Positions 25,396 to 40,176 of a stretch of DNA of 64,000 nt are shown piece after piece. Source of the DNA: Eledone cirrhosa (lineage: Eukaryota); contig OZ024743.1 in assembly GCA_964016885.1 (NCBI GenBank), positions 241,180,001-241,244,000 of the forward strand, read 5' to 3'. Position 1 is the first letter of the stretch, and each line of letters opens with the position of its first letter. Made by a program: the position numbers and the translations under genes. Below the pieces are notes generated by a model. That model was given only the letters and a program-made list of their open reading frames with translations. It was not told the origin of the DNA and searched no databases.

Positions 25396-25583
25396 AATTG
25401 TTTCTACTATTGGCACAAGGCCAGCAAATACCCAGTACATTACTGGTACTTTATTTTATCGACCCCGTAAGGATGAAAGGCAAAGTTAACCTCGGCGGGA
25501 TTTGAACTCAGAATGGCAAGGGCCGTAACTCTATGCGTCAAAGCATGGCGTCCGACCCTCTACCGATACTGCCAATCCACCAC
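25396..25583 (-). mobile_element. tRNA-derived SINE copy
   Basis: On - strand: TGGCAGTATCGGT (A box), GAGTTCAAATCC (B box) and the shared body. Confidence 0.85.
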
Positions 25584-25993
25584 TCATATAATGCTTACAA
25601 AAGATCAATATAAGTATATGTAATTTGATGAATTTTGTGAAGGCTTTGCTTTTGTATGTATGTCTATGAATGAGTAGATATACAAAATTCTGATAGATTT
25701 TAATCAAACTTATAGCTATTCAAGATTATGATTATGTGTGAATGGCTAAAATTTGTCGTTTGGCTCGAATAACTGATGAATATATAGAGGTCTGCAATAA
25801 TATCCTGGTTGTAATGTGTGATTGTATATGTAAATATGTGTATGTATGTGTGTATGTGTGTATGTGTGGATATATGTGAGTGTGTGTGTGTGTGTGTGCG
25901 TGTATGTGTGTGTGAGTGTGAGTGTGTGTGTGTGTGGTTACAGGAATATATCAAACATTTTGACATGAGTGCATTGTATTTTCTCTCTCTCTC

Positions 25994-26024
<31 letters not shown>

Positions 26025-26258
26025 AAAAACAGTCAGGACCCCGGCGGCTGAGCTCCGGCCGTTTCGATAGCTAGATCCCACACTTACTTTGTTATATATA
26101 TATATAGAGAGAGGGGGGGGGGGTAGAACACTGGAAGGTAAAATCCGTAGTGGTAGAGCACTCAGTCCATGAGGCGAGTTTGGTAGTCTGAAGTCTGAAG
26201 ATCCACTTAAGGTGAAAGAATTTTTCTCGGTATGGTGAATTAACTGTTGTGTTACTAC

Positions 26259-26321
<63 letters not shown>

Positions 26322-26329
26322 AATATATA

Positions 26330-26438
26330 TATTCCGATGATTTGATCAGACACACACACTGTATTTAAGGTCGAGTGACGCAATTTCGAGTGATTAGCGG
26401 CCTTTAGACTCACCTGATCAATGAAACAATTGTTAATA
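26330..26438 (+). ncRNA. Type I hammerhead ribozyme, CCGAUGA core, palindromic stem III
   Basis: tatt-CCGATGA-tttgatcag..ctgatcaat-GAAA-caattg-TT-aata. Confidence 0.7.
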
Positions 26439-27204
26439 CTTGAAATAAAACCCTTTTTGTACAGCCGACCAAGTTATTCTTCACTCTTTCACTACTATTA
26501 CTCCAAGAATAACCTGCATGGGAATTCTCGCAAACTCTCTACCTAACCAAGGAAACCTCTTGCTGAGTCAAACAACGCAGTACGTTAACATTATCCATAA
26601 TACAGAGTACTCACAACTTCTAACTGGGTTACCTAAAACGATAACTTTTTATCCCATATATATATATATACAAATTTAGTTTAACGAAGATATCCATATA
26701 TAATCCGTTGAGCTTCACCGATATCTACTTACTTGATGATTTTACAAAAATCGTATGTAAATACGAACGTATAACTCCGAAGAAGACACTATCCGGGAAT
26801 TATTAAACGGGTTAGTGTAGATACAATGTATAGACCTGAACTGTACAGTTTCCGTGTCACATGCTGCGTAAAACAGTTGCATCAGCAGATTTTAGTCACA
26901 GGAGTTTAGCAATATTTCCAATTATTATCGAACTAGGACTAACTTAATATTCGGGTGTTCAGTCCTAATCCAAACGGGAGACTTATCCGAGAGACTGATA
27001 AAGTGGAACTGGCAAACCATAATGATAATGAGAGCCGTGTCATACTGTAGCAGAATCACGTGCCCTTATAATGATTTAAAATTAAATGAGAAAGAACTCT
27101 AATTATGTGAGTACAAAAAAGATAAACAAGAAAGTATTCTATCTAACCTCGCTTATATATAGATCTCCCTACCATGGTATTAGAGACTAATTAACCTTTA
27201 ATTA

Positions 27205-28700
27205 AACCGTGTAACAAAAAAAAAATGTTTTTCTCTGTTCCTGGCTTGTAATCACATTTTTGTGTTGCTTATGTCCCAAATAAATAAAAAAGTGCTATTA
27301 AACAGTTAAAAGTTTGGGTTTGTAAAAATTCTAATCTATTGACTAGAATTATTTGTATGCTGGATTTTACGTTGTATGTCAGTTTAATTTGCTTGTGTTA
27401 AATGATTTTTTTAATATATGTTTCAGATTAAATTAAAATTATAAAATAAAGAGTAATACCTAAAGAAAATTAGAAAAGTCCAATAAAGTATAAAATTGTT
27501 AAAAAGTGGATTAAAGAGATTTATTGATACTGGATTTTCGCACCCTCAATAAAGGGTAAGTTGTGTTTTAACCATTCGTCTCTAGGATGAAGCAGTGGAA
27601 CTTGGTCAAGGAGGAAGTGCAGGTGACAAGTCAGAGAAGTCGACACGAACCTTTCTCAGGCTTTTACACTCTTAGGGATAGCCTCTGCTTCTGCCATGAC
27701 GTGCCTGGACTCTAAGGAGGCTTTATCAAATTCCAATGCTTCCTCTGCCTTTGGGACAGCAGAGCCACCTCTGACCACTACAACAGAAAGAACTGGGAGC
27801 AGCGAACAGAATTTGTAGTTGGGACCCGGAACGTCATGTGGGAGCCACTGGTTGATCCCAGGATTGTGCTCATGCCGCCACTGCACATTAAGTTGGGGTT
27901 GATGAAGGAGTTTATGAAGGCTCTCAACCAAGAATAAGCCGCTTTTAAGTACCTTCTTGAGTTCTTCCCCAAGTTATCTGGGGCCAAAATCAAAGGTGGA
28001 ATTTTTGTTGGACCTCAGATAAAGAAGGTGTTTGAGTCTACCGAATTCTCCAATAAGCTCAATAGGATTGAGAGAACAGCATGGAACTGTTTCAAGGCAG
28101 TTGTTAAGGGCTTCCTGGGCAACTACAGAGCTGAAAACTATCAGCAACTGGTGCAGGATCTGATAAAGGCTTTTGGCGCCATGGGATGCAGGATGTCGCT
28201 TAAACTCCATATGCAGGACGCTCACCTGGAAAAATTCAAGGACAAAATGGGCGCCTACTCAGAAGAACAAGGCGAACGATTCCAGCAAGATGTGAAAGCG
28301 ATAGAGCAGCGGTACCAGGGCCACTACAATGAAAAATTGATGGGGGACTATATCTGGGATCTAGTGCGGGAATGCGACCTGGACTACAACCGCAAATCCA
28401 GGAAATCCAGTCATTTCTGACGTGTATAACTTGCTTTATCAGTGTTATTTGTTTTGACTTGTTTGCTTTTGATAAGCTTGTGTAATAAAATAAATATATA
28501 TATACTCTGTTGATTTAATTATATGAACTGATAAATTTAAAAAAAATGTTTTTCCTTGAAAAATATGAAAATTTCGAAATATCAAACTCCTGACCACAAA
28601 CCCAAACTTCTGATTAAATAATAGTGTTTTTTTTATAATTGGATATAACAAACTATGAAATGACACTTAGAATCGGGGGAACAAAAAATGTTACACGGTG
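27205..28700 (+). mobile_element. Decayed CMC/Chapaev-type DNA transposon (internal deletion derivative)
   Basis: TIRs accgtgtaaca / tgttacacggtg. Transposase remnant at ~27800-28420: MPPLHIKLGLMKEFMKAL, AKIKGGIFVGPQI, SLKLHMQDAH, SEEQGERFQQD. Confidence 0.8.
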
Positions 28701-28719
28701 TTTATATATATATATATAT

Positions 28720-28892
28720 CTTTCACCGTATTTTTGACTAAATAAGTTTTAGTCTGATAATGGGGTTTAGAACGCTCAGATAAATGGAAAAAGATGAGTA
28801 TTATGTACGTCAATACTCATCTTTTTCCATTTATCTGAGGGTTCTAAACCCCATTATCAGACTAAAACTTCTTTAGTCAAAAACGGTGAAAG
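28720..28892. repeat. Near-perfect fold-back (~80-bp arms)
   Basis: tttcaccg..gatgagtatt | aatactcatc..cggtgaaa. Confidence 0.9.
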
Positions 28893-29816
28893 CTATTCTA
28901 TTTTCTAATTTCAAACCTGCTCACTATTTCAAAACATACTTACTTGTCATATATATATATATATATTATAGATTGGATAATGTATAGGTACTTCTGTAAA
29001 ATGTACCTATGTGTCTCAACCATAGAGTTAAATATGCTGAAATAAAATTCGTTTTTATTTTTGTTTGGATAAAATGAAGATTCTTGAATGCTTAAATATC
29101 TCCATATTTTAAGATGTGTAAATATGTAAGTGTACAAATAAACATACGCGTGAATATCTATCTGTATATATTTCTCTATATTTATTTATGTATATATGAA
29201 TGTGTATGTATATATATGTGTGTGTGCATGTATATGTATCTTGCAAGTATGAACGTTGAATAAATAACCAAATAAACAACCAAAGATTTTTATCTGTGTA
29301 TTTATTTTATTCTTTCAAGAGGTTCATTTTCGATTACTAAATTTCATTATCTACATAGTCTACTTTCACCAATCCAATTTCTCATTTTCATTTATCTTTT
29401 TTATTTCTCATTTTATATTATATTATATTTATTTTTACTTGTATTTTTATATTTGGTTGTGTATCTTTTTATTTATTCTTTGTCCCAGTATCCAATAAAT
29501 ATATTTCAACCACTTTATATATATCTTCAAAATATAACTTCTTATTCATTGTTTCTGTCGAAGACGGTGAGATGAATCTATAGTATAATATGGAGTTATA
29601 TAACTACTTTCTAATAGTCACTATTTATCATGATCGTAAAACAATGAACTAATTAAACACTTAACAGCGCTATTTGTATTCATTGTTCAACTTATATATG
29701 ACTCTGTGGCTCGTTTGATTACTCAATATGATGAAAGCCTACTACAAATCTAATCTCGGTGGTATTATTAATTCCGAACAGCATTATTGGCCCTCATCAT
29801 AGACATTTGCATACCA

Positions 29817-29996
<180 letters not shown>

Positions 29997-31079
29997 GGGG
30001 GGTGTTGTATATATATATATGTATATATATAAACATTTGTTTATCTACATATAATGTTTTTGAGTAGTTGGATTCGATTTTAGTTGATTGAAAAAGTCAA
30101 ATGTTAGCGATACTAGACTGATTATATAACATACAAAGAAACACTAATCAGAGTTATGCAATAAATAATGATCTCCCTCTTCTGGAATGTGATGTTTTAA
30201 ATCATTTTTGTAAATGTCTGTGCATACCCCGTAAATTGTTATATTTGGAACCTTATAGTGGAAGTGCCGTAGGATTTACCAAACGAAATAATTCGACCGT
30301 TGAGTAAAACACTGTAAGTGGTTCCAGTTACTTGTTACACAATCACTCTAAAATAATTGTTAACACTGACGGAAACGGAATACTACTATAACACTCTCTA
30401 TATAAGTCCTGGAATTACTTTCTTTTAACATTGCATGTGTGTCATGGTATTACGATTCCATACATGCACAGATCATCTTGTGGTAGCTTGATTTCGTAAA
30501 TCTATTAGTTTTTTTTTTGCTCCTTGTGATAATTCCAATGGCGTGCCTATTTTAAAAACGCGCGAGAAATTTTCCGTTAACTTCCTGCCTCTGTTAAACA
30601 ACACAGTGGGGAGACAGCGATTTGATTTCGAACCGGTTGCAGACAGTGAAACGAAGCTAACTTCTGTATGCCGGAAAAAATATTTCGTTTTCCCTGTGTT
30701 GTTTACTGGACAAACTCACTGGAGATATATAAGCCAACATCGGGTGTTAAACAACTGACTGTTGGAATATGCACTTATATAACTGATACTAACAGTTTGG
30801 CAACGTTGAAAGACAGCACTGGTTTGGGTATATATCAATATTTTTGATATTTTGTAACGATTGACTTGACCTATTAATTACTTGATATTAGTTGTACTAA
30901 TTTTATTGATAACGGTAATTGATTTGTTCGATTATTACAACCACACTACTAACACTGTATGAGTATACCGTTTCTGGAATTAATTTCAGATATCATTGAA
31001 TAAGATAGTGTGTGCACTGCATAGCACTGTCATAGATGAACAAGGATTATTCTGGTAGTGGAATTTCTTGAATTTATTA

Positions 31080-31144
<65 letters not shown>

Positions 31145-31480
31145 TATATGTGTGTGTATGTATGTATGTGTGTATGTATGTGTGTATGTATGTGTGTATG
31201 TATGTATGTGTGTGTGCGGGGTGGAATTGAAATAAGTGTCTTTAGATAAAAACAACAGGTCCATTCATGTTAAGATCTCTTGGAAAACTATATATATAGA
31301 TGAATCAGGATGGATTCAGTTTGAAACTGGTTAGACTATTACTCAACAGAGTTACACGATACTTGGAGTAGTAAAGTATGGTTATATTATAAAGAATCGC
31401 GACTCGACGGCTGAGCTCTTTCCGTTTCAACACGAGCTAGCTGGAACTAGCTGTTGAAACGGCAAAAGCTGCCGACTCTT

Positions 31481-31512
<32 letters not shown>

Positions 31513-32225
31513 TATATAAATATATATATGTATATATATATATACAGGGAGTGTAACTTGGAGTTACGGTAGGTTCATCCGGCTGAGTACTCGACGTTTA
31601 TGTTCACTTCAGTGTCGAGGTGTAGAGCTAGACAGAATGTATTATAGTGAAATAAGATTACAAGGACGATTGGTTACTCCTTCATTACGTTTATTGGTTG
31701 GTGATGCGTGTTTCGCCGCTGGTCACATCATGGTTCGATCTGTATCGATCTGACCCGACTCTGTAACCCGCGGCACGACAGACCCCTTGCAATGTTAATG
31801 AAAAACTGAATATACATGCCGTATGATAAAGTCAGAAGTTCCTATGGTGGTCAGTGAAGTTTGTTTTGATTGGTGGATTAATTCATAGGGTAGTTTTTTG
31901 CCTGCATTGTGTGTGGGGGTTGGGTGTGGTGATAAGTTGGTGGTGCCGGTCGTAGGTTGAAGTGGGTGCTGGTGTGTGGGTGCTGGTTGTCGGTAGACAG
32001 TTTGGCATGTAGATGTGGCTTATTTTTGTGTGTGGTGTTGTAGTTTATGGAAAAGATGAAAGGTTGCGGTGTTTATGATAGGGTAAGATTTGTGGTAGTA
32101 GGCTGTTAAGTGGGCGCCGTTCCATAAGGAGATAGATATATACACACGTAGCCTGACAAATATATTATATACATACACATGTGTATATATATAGCCAGTA
32201 GGCAGGCCGGTTGTACAAACATACA

Positions 32226-32450
32226 CATGGCGGAGGGGATCTGGGACCGCAAAGACAAGAACGCGGAATTCAAGGTCAAATGGTCTGTAAAAATACGCGG
32301 GGCCCAACTCCCGAACGACAGAAACCATTGCAGGTTATGCCTGGCCGAGGCGGCTGAGATCATTAAATTGAAATTGGCCATAAACTCAAGATCTGACATA
32401 ATAATAAATTGCAGACTCACCAGGATGACCACCTTCTCTGCACAACCGCC
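32226..32450 (+). pseudogene. Penelope-like GIY-YIG C-terminal remnant
   Basis: IWDRKDKNAEFKVKW..CRLCLAEAAEII..NSRSD resembles the C-terminus of the 752-aa ORF. Confidence 0.7.
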
Positions 32451-32599
32451 ATTCCCACTGGCTATATATATACATACATGTGTATGTATATAATGTGTAT
32501 GTATATATGTATAATATATATTATATATATATGTATATATATAATATATATATGTATAATATATATATTATATGTATATGTATATATATAATATATATA

Positions 32600-33145
32600 T
32601 ATTTATTAAAATAACAGATTAAAGTTTAAGCAAAGAATCGCTGCTTTCACCCTTAACGGGATCTTCTGAAACTAACAAAGTCAATCTGTAAACGCAGAAC
32701 TGGATATTTCAAAAAACGTTGCAACCGGAGGAAGACAGGAAGACGATACTTTGGTTCGTGGTAACGTTCGCTGGCAAAGAACGGGAAAAAACGAATAATA
32801 CGTCATTAATAGGAGCGGTGAAAAACAATTACGCGCAAAGACAAAACCACGTTTATGGTATAAAAGAGGTCGTAGACTAATGTTCTCTTAAGTGGTGCAT
32901 AGAGACGTTCTCTGGCAATGAACGAAAAAACGAAGATAATAAGTCATATGTGGAGCGTGGAGAACAATAGCACGCAAAGACAAAACCACGTAAATGGTAT
33001 AGCAGAAATCGTAGACTAAAATTCTAACTAGGAGACCAAATGAATCTCCGCTACAGAGTTAAGAACAAAGTAAATAAATACAATACAGAAGTAATAGGAA
33101 CAAATAAATACATACACGCAAACAGATACGTAAATACACAAGCAT
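32600..33145 (-). mobile_element. Solo 3' UTR/pseudo-LTR of the Naiad-type family at 51049-54670
   Basis: Colinear with ~51133-51680. Confidence 0.9.
32615..32688 (-). ncRNA. Type I hammerhead ribozyme, CAGAAGA core
   Basis: Reverse complement of 37411-37484. Confidence 0.75.
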
Positions 33146-33293
33146 TGTAGATTCGCCTATGGATATTATCTCTGTGCAAAAAAGTGTTGAAATGTATTGT
33201 TTCACAGTACTTGCGCAACACGCGCGTAGACGATGCCAGCCGAACAACAGAGCTGCGATGGAGTTGTTCTGCATGGTTGTCTGTGTGTTTTGT

Positions 33294-33561
33294 AAATTTA
33301 AGACAGTAGGGAGGGTTGTGATATGAGGGATAGTTAGCTGTTGTTTCTAGCAGGTTTAGTGACCTCATAGAGGATATGTGTTTTCTAAATTTAAGACAGT
33401 AGTGAGTGGTGTGATATGGGGGAGAGTTAGCTGCTGTTTCTAGCAGGTTTAGTGACCTCATAGGAGATATGTTTTCTAAATTTAAGACAGTGGGGATTTG
33501 TGTGATATGGGGGAGAGTTAGCTGCTGTTTTTAGCAGGTTTAGTGACCTCATAGAGGATAT
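33294..33561. repeat. Tandem minisatellite, ~92 bp x 3
   Basis: aaatttaagacagt...gcaggtttagtgacctcata repeated three times. Confidence 0.92.
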
Positions 33562-33572
33562 TATTGTTTATC

Positions 33573-33872
33573 ATTATCTATAAAAGGCAGATTGTTGTTG
33601 TTGTGTGTGTGCACATGTTCCATGTTTATACATTTGCACAATTTCAAACCGATTCGATTCAAAGTCTGTAAGAATCCACGTTCGTTGAGAGGTTTTAAAA
33701 AAAGATTTATCGCTTGTTGTTGAATAAATGTATCTGTTGCTTTTGAATAATTGTCGTTTCGTATGAAATGTTATAATTGTTTCTACTTTTTTGGCACAAG
33801 GCCAGCAATTACCCTGTACATTACTGGTACTTTATGTAATAATAAACGTTCTCTCTCTTTCTTCCTCTCACT

Positions 33873-33946
<74 letters not shown>

Positions 33947-34239
33947 GCGTTCCTAAAGGAAGTTTGTAAGCATGTATGTAGTTTTATCGAATTTGAAAGG
34001 GAGTAGAGAGAGGTAAGCAGATTCGATTAGAGGGATAAAGCGTCATGTATTTATTTTTATCGATTATTTCCATAATTGTGGGAATGTTTGAATGAAATAA
34101 TAGTCGACGACCTAAGTTAGACCATTTACAACATTCTTACATAATTTGAGTCGAATCGATTTGAAATTGTGCAAATGTATAAACATGGAACATGTGCACA
34201 CACACACGCAACAACAACAATCTGCCTTTTATAGATAAT
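33573..34239. repeat. Inverted repeat with ~95-bp arms (MITE-like or fold-back)
   Basis: 33573-33665 is the reverse complement of ~34145-34239. Confidence 0.8.
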
Positions 34240-35165
34240 AAAAGAGAAAGTAGCAAAATGTGTGGGTTGTAGATAGTGGAAAAAGCAGATGATATGAGAG
34301 AGTAAAACGGACAGTATCACCATCAACATGAACAATGTAAAATGAAAAGAATAATTTAGTTTCATTTTACGTGTTGTTTCAGCTTGGAAAGAGAAAGTAG
34401 CAGAGAGTATGAAGTTGTATAGATTTTGAATGGTAATGGAAAGACTTTAGCAGTTTAAATGAGAGAGGAATCGTAAAATATTGAGTTTATTCTATTTTTT
34501 GCGTAATTGTGGGGGAAATTGAAAAATATATATGTGCCATGACCCAATCGAAGCTATTTCGAATACTGAATTGTAAATTTCAATTGAGGAAATTCTATAT
34601 CGTAGATTTCTATAACAAAGAAATGTGACCATACACTGAGCTTTATAGATTATGATATATATATATATATATATATTAAATATGTGATTTTTTGTATTCT
34701 TACAAAATTTACACTTCTTTCGCCATATATAGGGGTTCCCTCCCTTGCTGGACTACACGTGCGTCCAGTAACAGGTCCACCTGTATTTTTGAACGAGACA
34801 TCCGCTGAGAAAGCAGTTTTCCACGTTCATCTCTTTACTAGAAGTCAGATATATTTTTTTATGTGGGCTGACAGTAATTGATTAAGGAACTGCAGAAACC
34901 CAAAAAGCTAGAATTTAACATCCTTCTAGCGGGTCCGGGTGAGTTTTTACATTCGTTTAATATATTAATTTATTAATTTATTATTTGAATGACCCGAATT
35001 TTCCTGGTCGTTTTTTTTCGGCTGTGCGAATGATCTAGGCATCGTCTCTATGTGTTGGTATTTTAATGATAGTTATAGCTCTGGTTCATCCAAACTATTG
35101 AGCCCTCTGCCACACATGTCGATGATTGTTTATCGTTATTTCGTAGGCCGAGATTCTGATTTTCG

Positions 35166-35259
<94 letters not shown>

Positions 35260-35290
35260 GAAGTGGTTAAACAACAGTTAGTTAACCATA

Positions 35291-35330
35291 CCGAGAACAA
35301 TTGCTTCAGCTTAGCGTATCCTCAGCTCGG
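35291..35330 (-). ncRNA. Minimal (40-nt) hammerhead-like motif
   Basis: ccgag-CTGAGGA-tacgctaagct-GAAG-caattg-TT-ctcgg; GAAG instead of GAAA and a weak stem II. Confidence 0.55.
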
Positions 35331-35364
35331 AAAACACTACGGATATTACCTTCAAGTGTTCCAC

Positions 35365-35701
<337 letters not shown>

Positions 35702-35988
35702 ATTTTATATATATATATTATATTGTATCTGTATTATTTTTGACCGTCGGTCAGTCAATGGCAACATTGCGGACCGATTAAGTTAGATCGCAGATATAAA
35801 AGACAGCGAGAAGCGAAAACCAACGAAACAGTGAGTGTGTTCTTTTATTAATTCTGGCAATATTACACAAATATGACCCTCCCCGAGTATAACATTATTA
35901 TATTATATATATATATATTCATATATATATATATTATATATATATATTATATATATATATTATATATATATATTTTATATATATATTT

Positions 35989-36020
<32 letters not shown>

Positions 36021-36182
36021 ATTTTATATATATATATTATATATATATATTTTATATATATATATATATTATATATATATATTATATATATATATATTAT
36101 ATATATATTTTATATATATATATTATATATATATATATTTTATATATATATATATATTTTATATATATATATATTTTAAATA

Positions 36183-36278
<96 letters not shown>

Positions 36279-36367
36279 CATATATATATATTATATATAT
36301 ATATATATATATGTATTATATATATATATTTAATATATATATATATTTTATATATATATATATTATA

Positions 36368-37590
36368 TATTTATTAAAATAACAGATTAAAGTTTAAGCA
36401 AAGAAACAAAAAATCTGAGGCAATTTTGGCTTGTAAACATAAATTGCACAAAACTTTCCTGTATTACAGCCCCACGTTATACCCTAACGGATAGCACGAT
36501 CTATACGTGGATATTTTACGTCTTGATGTGGGAGCTAAGTATATGTTTTGTTTATTCCTTTACTTATTTGCATAGGTAAGTATATATTACCCGTATGTTT
36601 TGTGAAGGTATGTATACCTTCTCGTACGTATATTTGACTGTTACGGCGTATAATTTTTACATATTCTGGTATTTAGGGTTTGGCTATGTGTATATGGGTG
36701 TTTTGCGTCTGCGTGAGAATGCAGGTTCGTACGTATGGTGGGTGTGTGTATATGTGTACTTCTTGTTTTAGTTGACTTACGTCTCCGAACCTTCGTGTAT
36801 TTATTTGTAGGTATGTGTGTGCGCTTGTTATATACGTATTTATTTACTTACTTATATACGTTTATATAATTATTTATTTATTTGTACACAAGCATACACA
36901 CATACACATATTTATATGTGCGTGGTTTTGTATACCTATGGTAAGGTTTTGCGTATGCTTGTGTATGTACGTATCTGTTTGCGCGTATGTATTTATTTGT
37001 TTCTATTACTTCAGTATTGTATTTATTTACTTTGTTCTTAACTCTGTAGCGGAGATTCATTCGGTCTCCTAGTTAGAATTTTAGTCTACAACTTCTGCTA
37101 TACCATTTACGTGGTTTTGTCTTTGCGTGCTATTGTTCTTCACGCTCCACATATGACTTATTATCTTCGTTTTTTCGTTCATTGCCAGAGAACGTCTCTA
37201 TGCACCACTTAGAGAACATTAGTCTACGACCTCTTTTATACCATAAACGTGGTTCTGTCTTTGCGCGTAATTATTTTTCACCGTTCCTATTAATGACGTA
37301 TTATTCGTTTTTACCCGTTCTTTGCCAGCGAACGTCACCATGAACCAAAGTATCGTCTTCCTGTCTTCCTCCGGTTGCAACGTTTTTTGAAATATCCACT
37401 TCTGCGTTTACAGATTGACTTTGTTAGTTTCAGAAGATCCCGTTAAGGGTGAAAGCAGCGATTCTTTGCTTAAACTTTAATCTGTTATTTTAATAAATAT
37501 TTGCTCTTCGGTTCTAATATATTTGATATATATTTTCCTTATCGAGCCCTCTTTGGATTTTAGTCTTCAATTTTATTATTATTACTATAT
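36368..37590 (+). mobile_element. 5'-truncated copy of the Naiad-type element (ORF end + 3' UTR) with a short inverted cap
   Basis: 36405-37590 is the reverse complement of ~51049-52235; 36368-36405 is an inverted copy of 37462-37500. Confidence 0.9.
37411..37484 (+). ncRNA. Type I hammerhead ribozyme, CAGAAGA core
   Basis: cagattga..agttt-CAGAAGA-tccc gttaa gggt-GAAA-gca..tgc-TT-aaact ttaatctg; all three stems pair. Confidence 0.78.
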
Positions 37591-37624
37591 ATTTTATATA
37601 CATATTATATATATATTTTATATA

Positions 37625-37658
<34 letters not shown>

Positions 37659-37705
37659 TTTATATATATATATAAATTATATATACATATTTTATATATA
37701 TATTT

Positions 37706-37738
<33 letters not shown>

Positions 37739-37795
37739 GATTTTACATATATATTATATATATATATATATATAATATATATATATTATATATAT

Positions 37796-37827
<32 letters not shown>

Positions 37828-37982
37828 ATATTATATATATATATATTTTATATATATTTATATATTTTATATATATAAATATATATATATTTTATATATA
37901 TATATATACATATTTTATATATATATATATTTATATATATATATATATACTTCATATATATATATATTTTATATATATATAT

Positions 37983-38014
<32 letters not shown>

Positions 38015-38303
38015 ATGTATATTTTATATATATATATTTTATATATATACATTATATATATATATATTTTATATATATATATATTATATCTATATATTTA
38101 ATATATATATATATGTTTTATATATATATATTTTATATATATATATTTTATATACATATTATATGTATATATATATATTTTATATATATATATATATAAT
38201 ATATATATATTTTATATATATATATATATATTATATATACATATTTTATATATATATTTTATATATATATATATATATTATATATATATATTTTACATAC
38301 ATA

Positions 38304-38334
<31 letters not shown>

Positions 38335-38448
38335 ATATATTATATATATATATATTTTATATATATATATATTTTATATATATATTTATTATATATATAT
38401 ATATATTTAATATATATATATTTTATATATATGTTATATATATATATA

Positions 38449-38481
<33 letters not shown>

Positions 38482-39205
38482 AATATTATATATATATATA
38501 TATTTTTTATATATATATATATACTATATATATATATGTATATTATATATATATATATTTTATATATATACATTATATATATTTATATTTTTTATATACA
38601 TATTATATATATATATTTTATATATATATATTTTATATATATATATATATTACATATATATTATATATATATATTTATATATATATATTTTATATATATA
38701 TATTATATATATATATTACATATAAATATATTATATATATATATATATATTATATATATTATATATATTATATATATATATATTATATATATATATATTA
38801 TATATATATACATATATATATATTTTATATATATATATATATATTTTATATATATATTTATTATATATATATATATTTTATATATATATATATATACTTC
38901 ATATATATATATATTTTATATATATATATATATATACTTCATATATATATATATTTTATATATCTATATTATATATATATATATATATATATTATATATC
39001 TATATTATATATATATATATTTTATATATATATATATATTATATATATATATATGTATATTTTATATATATACATTATATATATATATATATTATATATA
39101 TATATATATATTATATATATATATTTTATATATATACATTATATATATATATATATATATATATATTTTATATATATATATTATATATATATATACATTA
39201 TATAC
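37590..39205. repeat. Long T-interrupted (TA)n array (other long interrupted arrays: 35890-36368, 42390-42920, 43522-44300, 45812-46730, 50260-50752, 56085-58770)
   Basis: Direct reading. Confidence 0.95.
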
Positions 39206-39270
39206 CATTTGCGAAGTAGTTTCATATGTTCAAGACTTTTAATAATAATGTTGTGATATATATTTCAATG

Positions 39271-39315
<45 letters not shown>

Positions 39316-39339
39316 TATATATATAAAAATATATATATA

Positions 39340-40016
39340 CATTTTATCTAATAACTCTAAGGACATGATTTATGATATATTGCTTTGATTATTTAATTTA
39401 TTAATTCTTCATTGAGCCACAACGTGACCGGTTGCCACATATACATCTATGACTTTATGTATATGTAAATCTTAATATTTAATAATCTCCCGTTAGGTTG
39501 AGATACAATTGGGCAATATTGGGCTGCGCTTTCTAGCAACAAGCCTACCTGCCGTAAGCAACTAACCACATTCTTTCTAACTTGACCACTGCCAGGTCAC
39601 GATTCTTAGCTATTTTTGGCGCGATCACTTTGGAAAATTAACTGTCCAATCTTGAGTTTTCTCCTGATGAGTCTGTTACTCTGGATATATCGTAATAGTA
39701 GGATGTCTAAAAATATGGACGAAACCATGGTAGAGATATAATTACGGTATGTACACATTTCTTCTAAGTTTGAATTTACACCTAATTGTGTATGGTTCAC
39801 GGTATATTTAGTCAGTTTCTACATGCTGTTGAAATGTTGGATAAATACCCTATTGGGGTCACCGCGAAGAGGCCACTTTCGGTTATTTGTCGAAAATTTC
39901 TTCATAGGAGCATTTATTCTTATAGCCTGGTCTAATTGATTTTTTATATGGTTAACTATGCTAATTGGGAGAGGAAATGTATATATTTTATCTAATAATT
40001 CTAAGGATATGATTTA

Positions 40017-40025
<9 letters not shown>
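39340..40025 (+). mobile_element. Non-coding ~645-bp hammerhead-bearing unit with terminal direct redundancy
   Basis: 39340-39380 recurs at ~39985-40025; homologous to 49021-49897 (+) and 40770-41140 (-). Confidence 0.75.
39660..39736 (+). ncRNA. Type I hammerhead ribozyme, canonical core
   Basis: tctc-CTGATGA-gtctgt..atggac-GAAA-ccatgg-TA-gaga. Confidence 0.9.
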
Positions 40026-40075
<50 letters not shown>

Positions 40076-40122
40076 TATATTATATATATATATATCTATA
40101 TATTATATGTATATATATATTT

Positions 40123-40174
<52 letters not shown>

Positions 40175-40176
40175 GA

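Noticed and set aside
30520-30760. CpG-richer patch or possible promoter/exon
   Set aside because: No supporting gene structure is visible.
33294-33561. CRISPR-like periodicity
   Set aside because: Whole units repeat with no unique spacers, no cas genes are present, and the context is eukaryotic.
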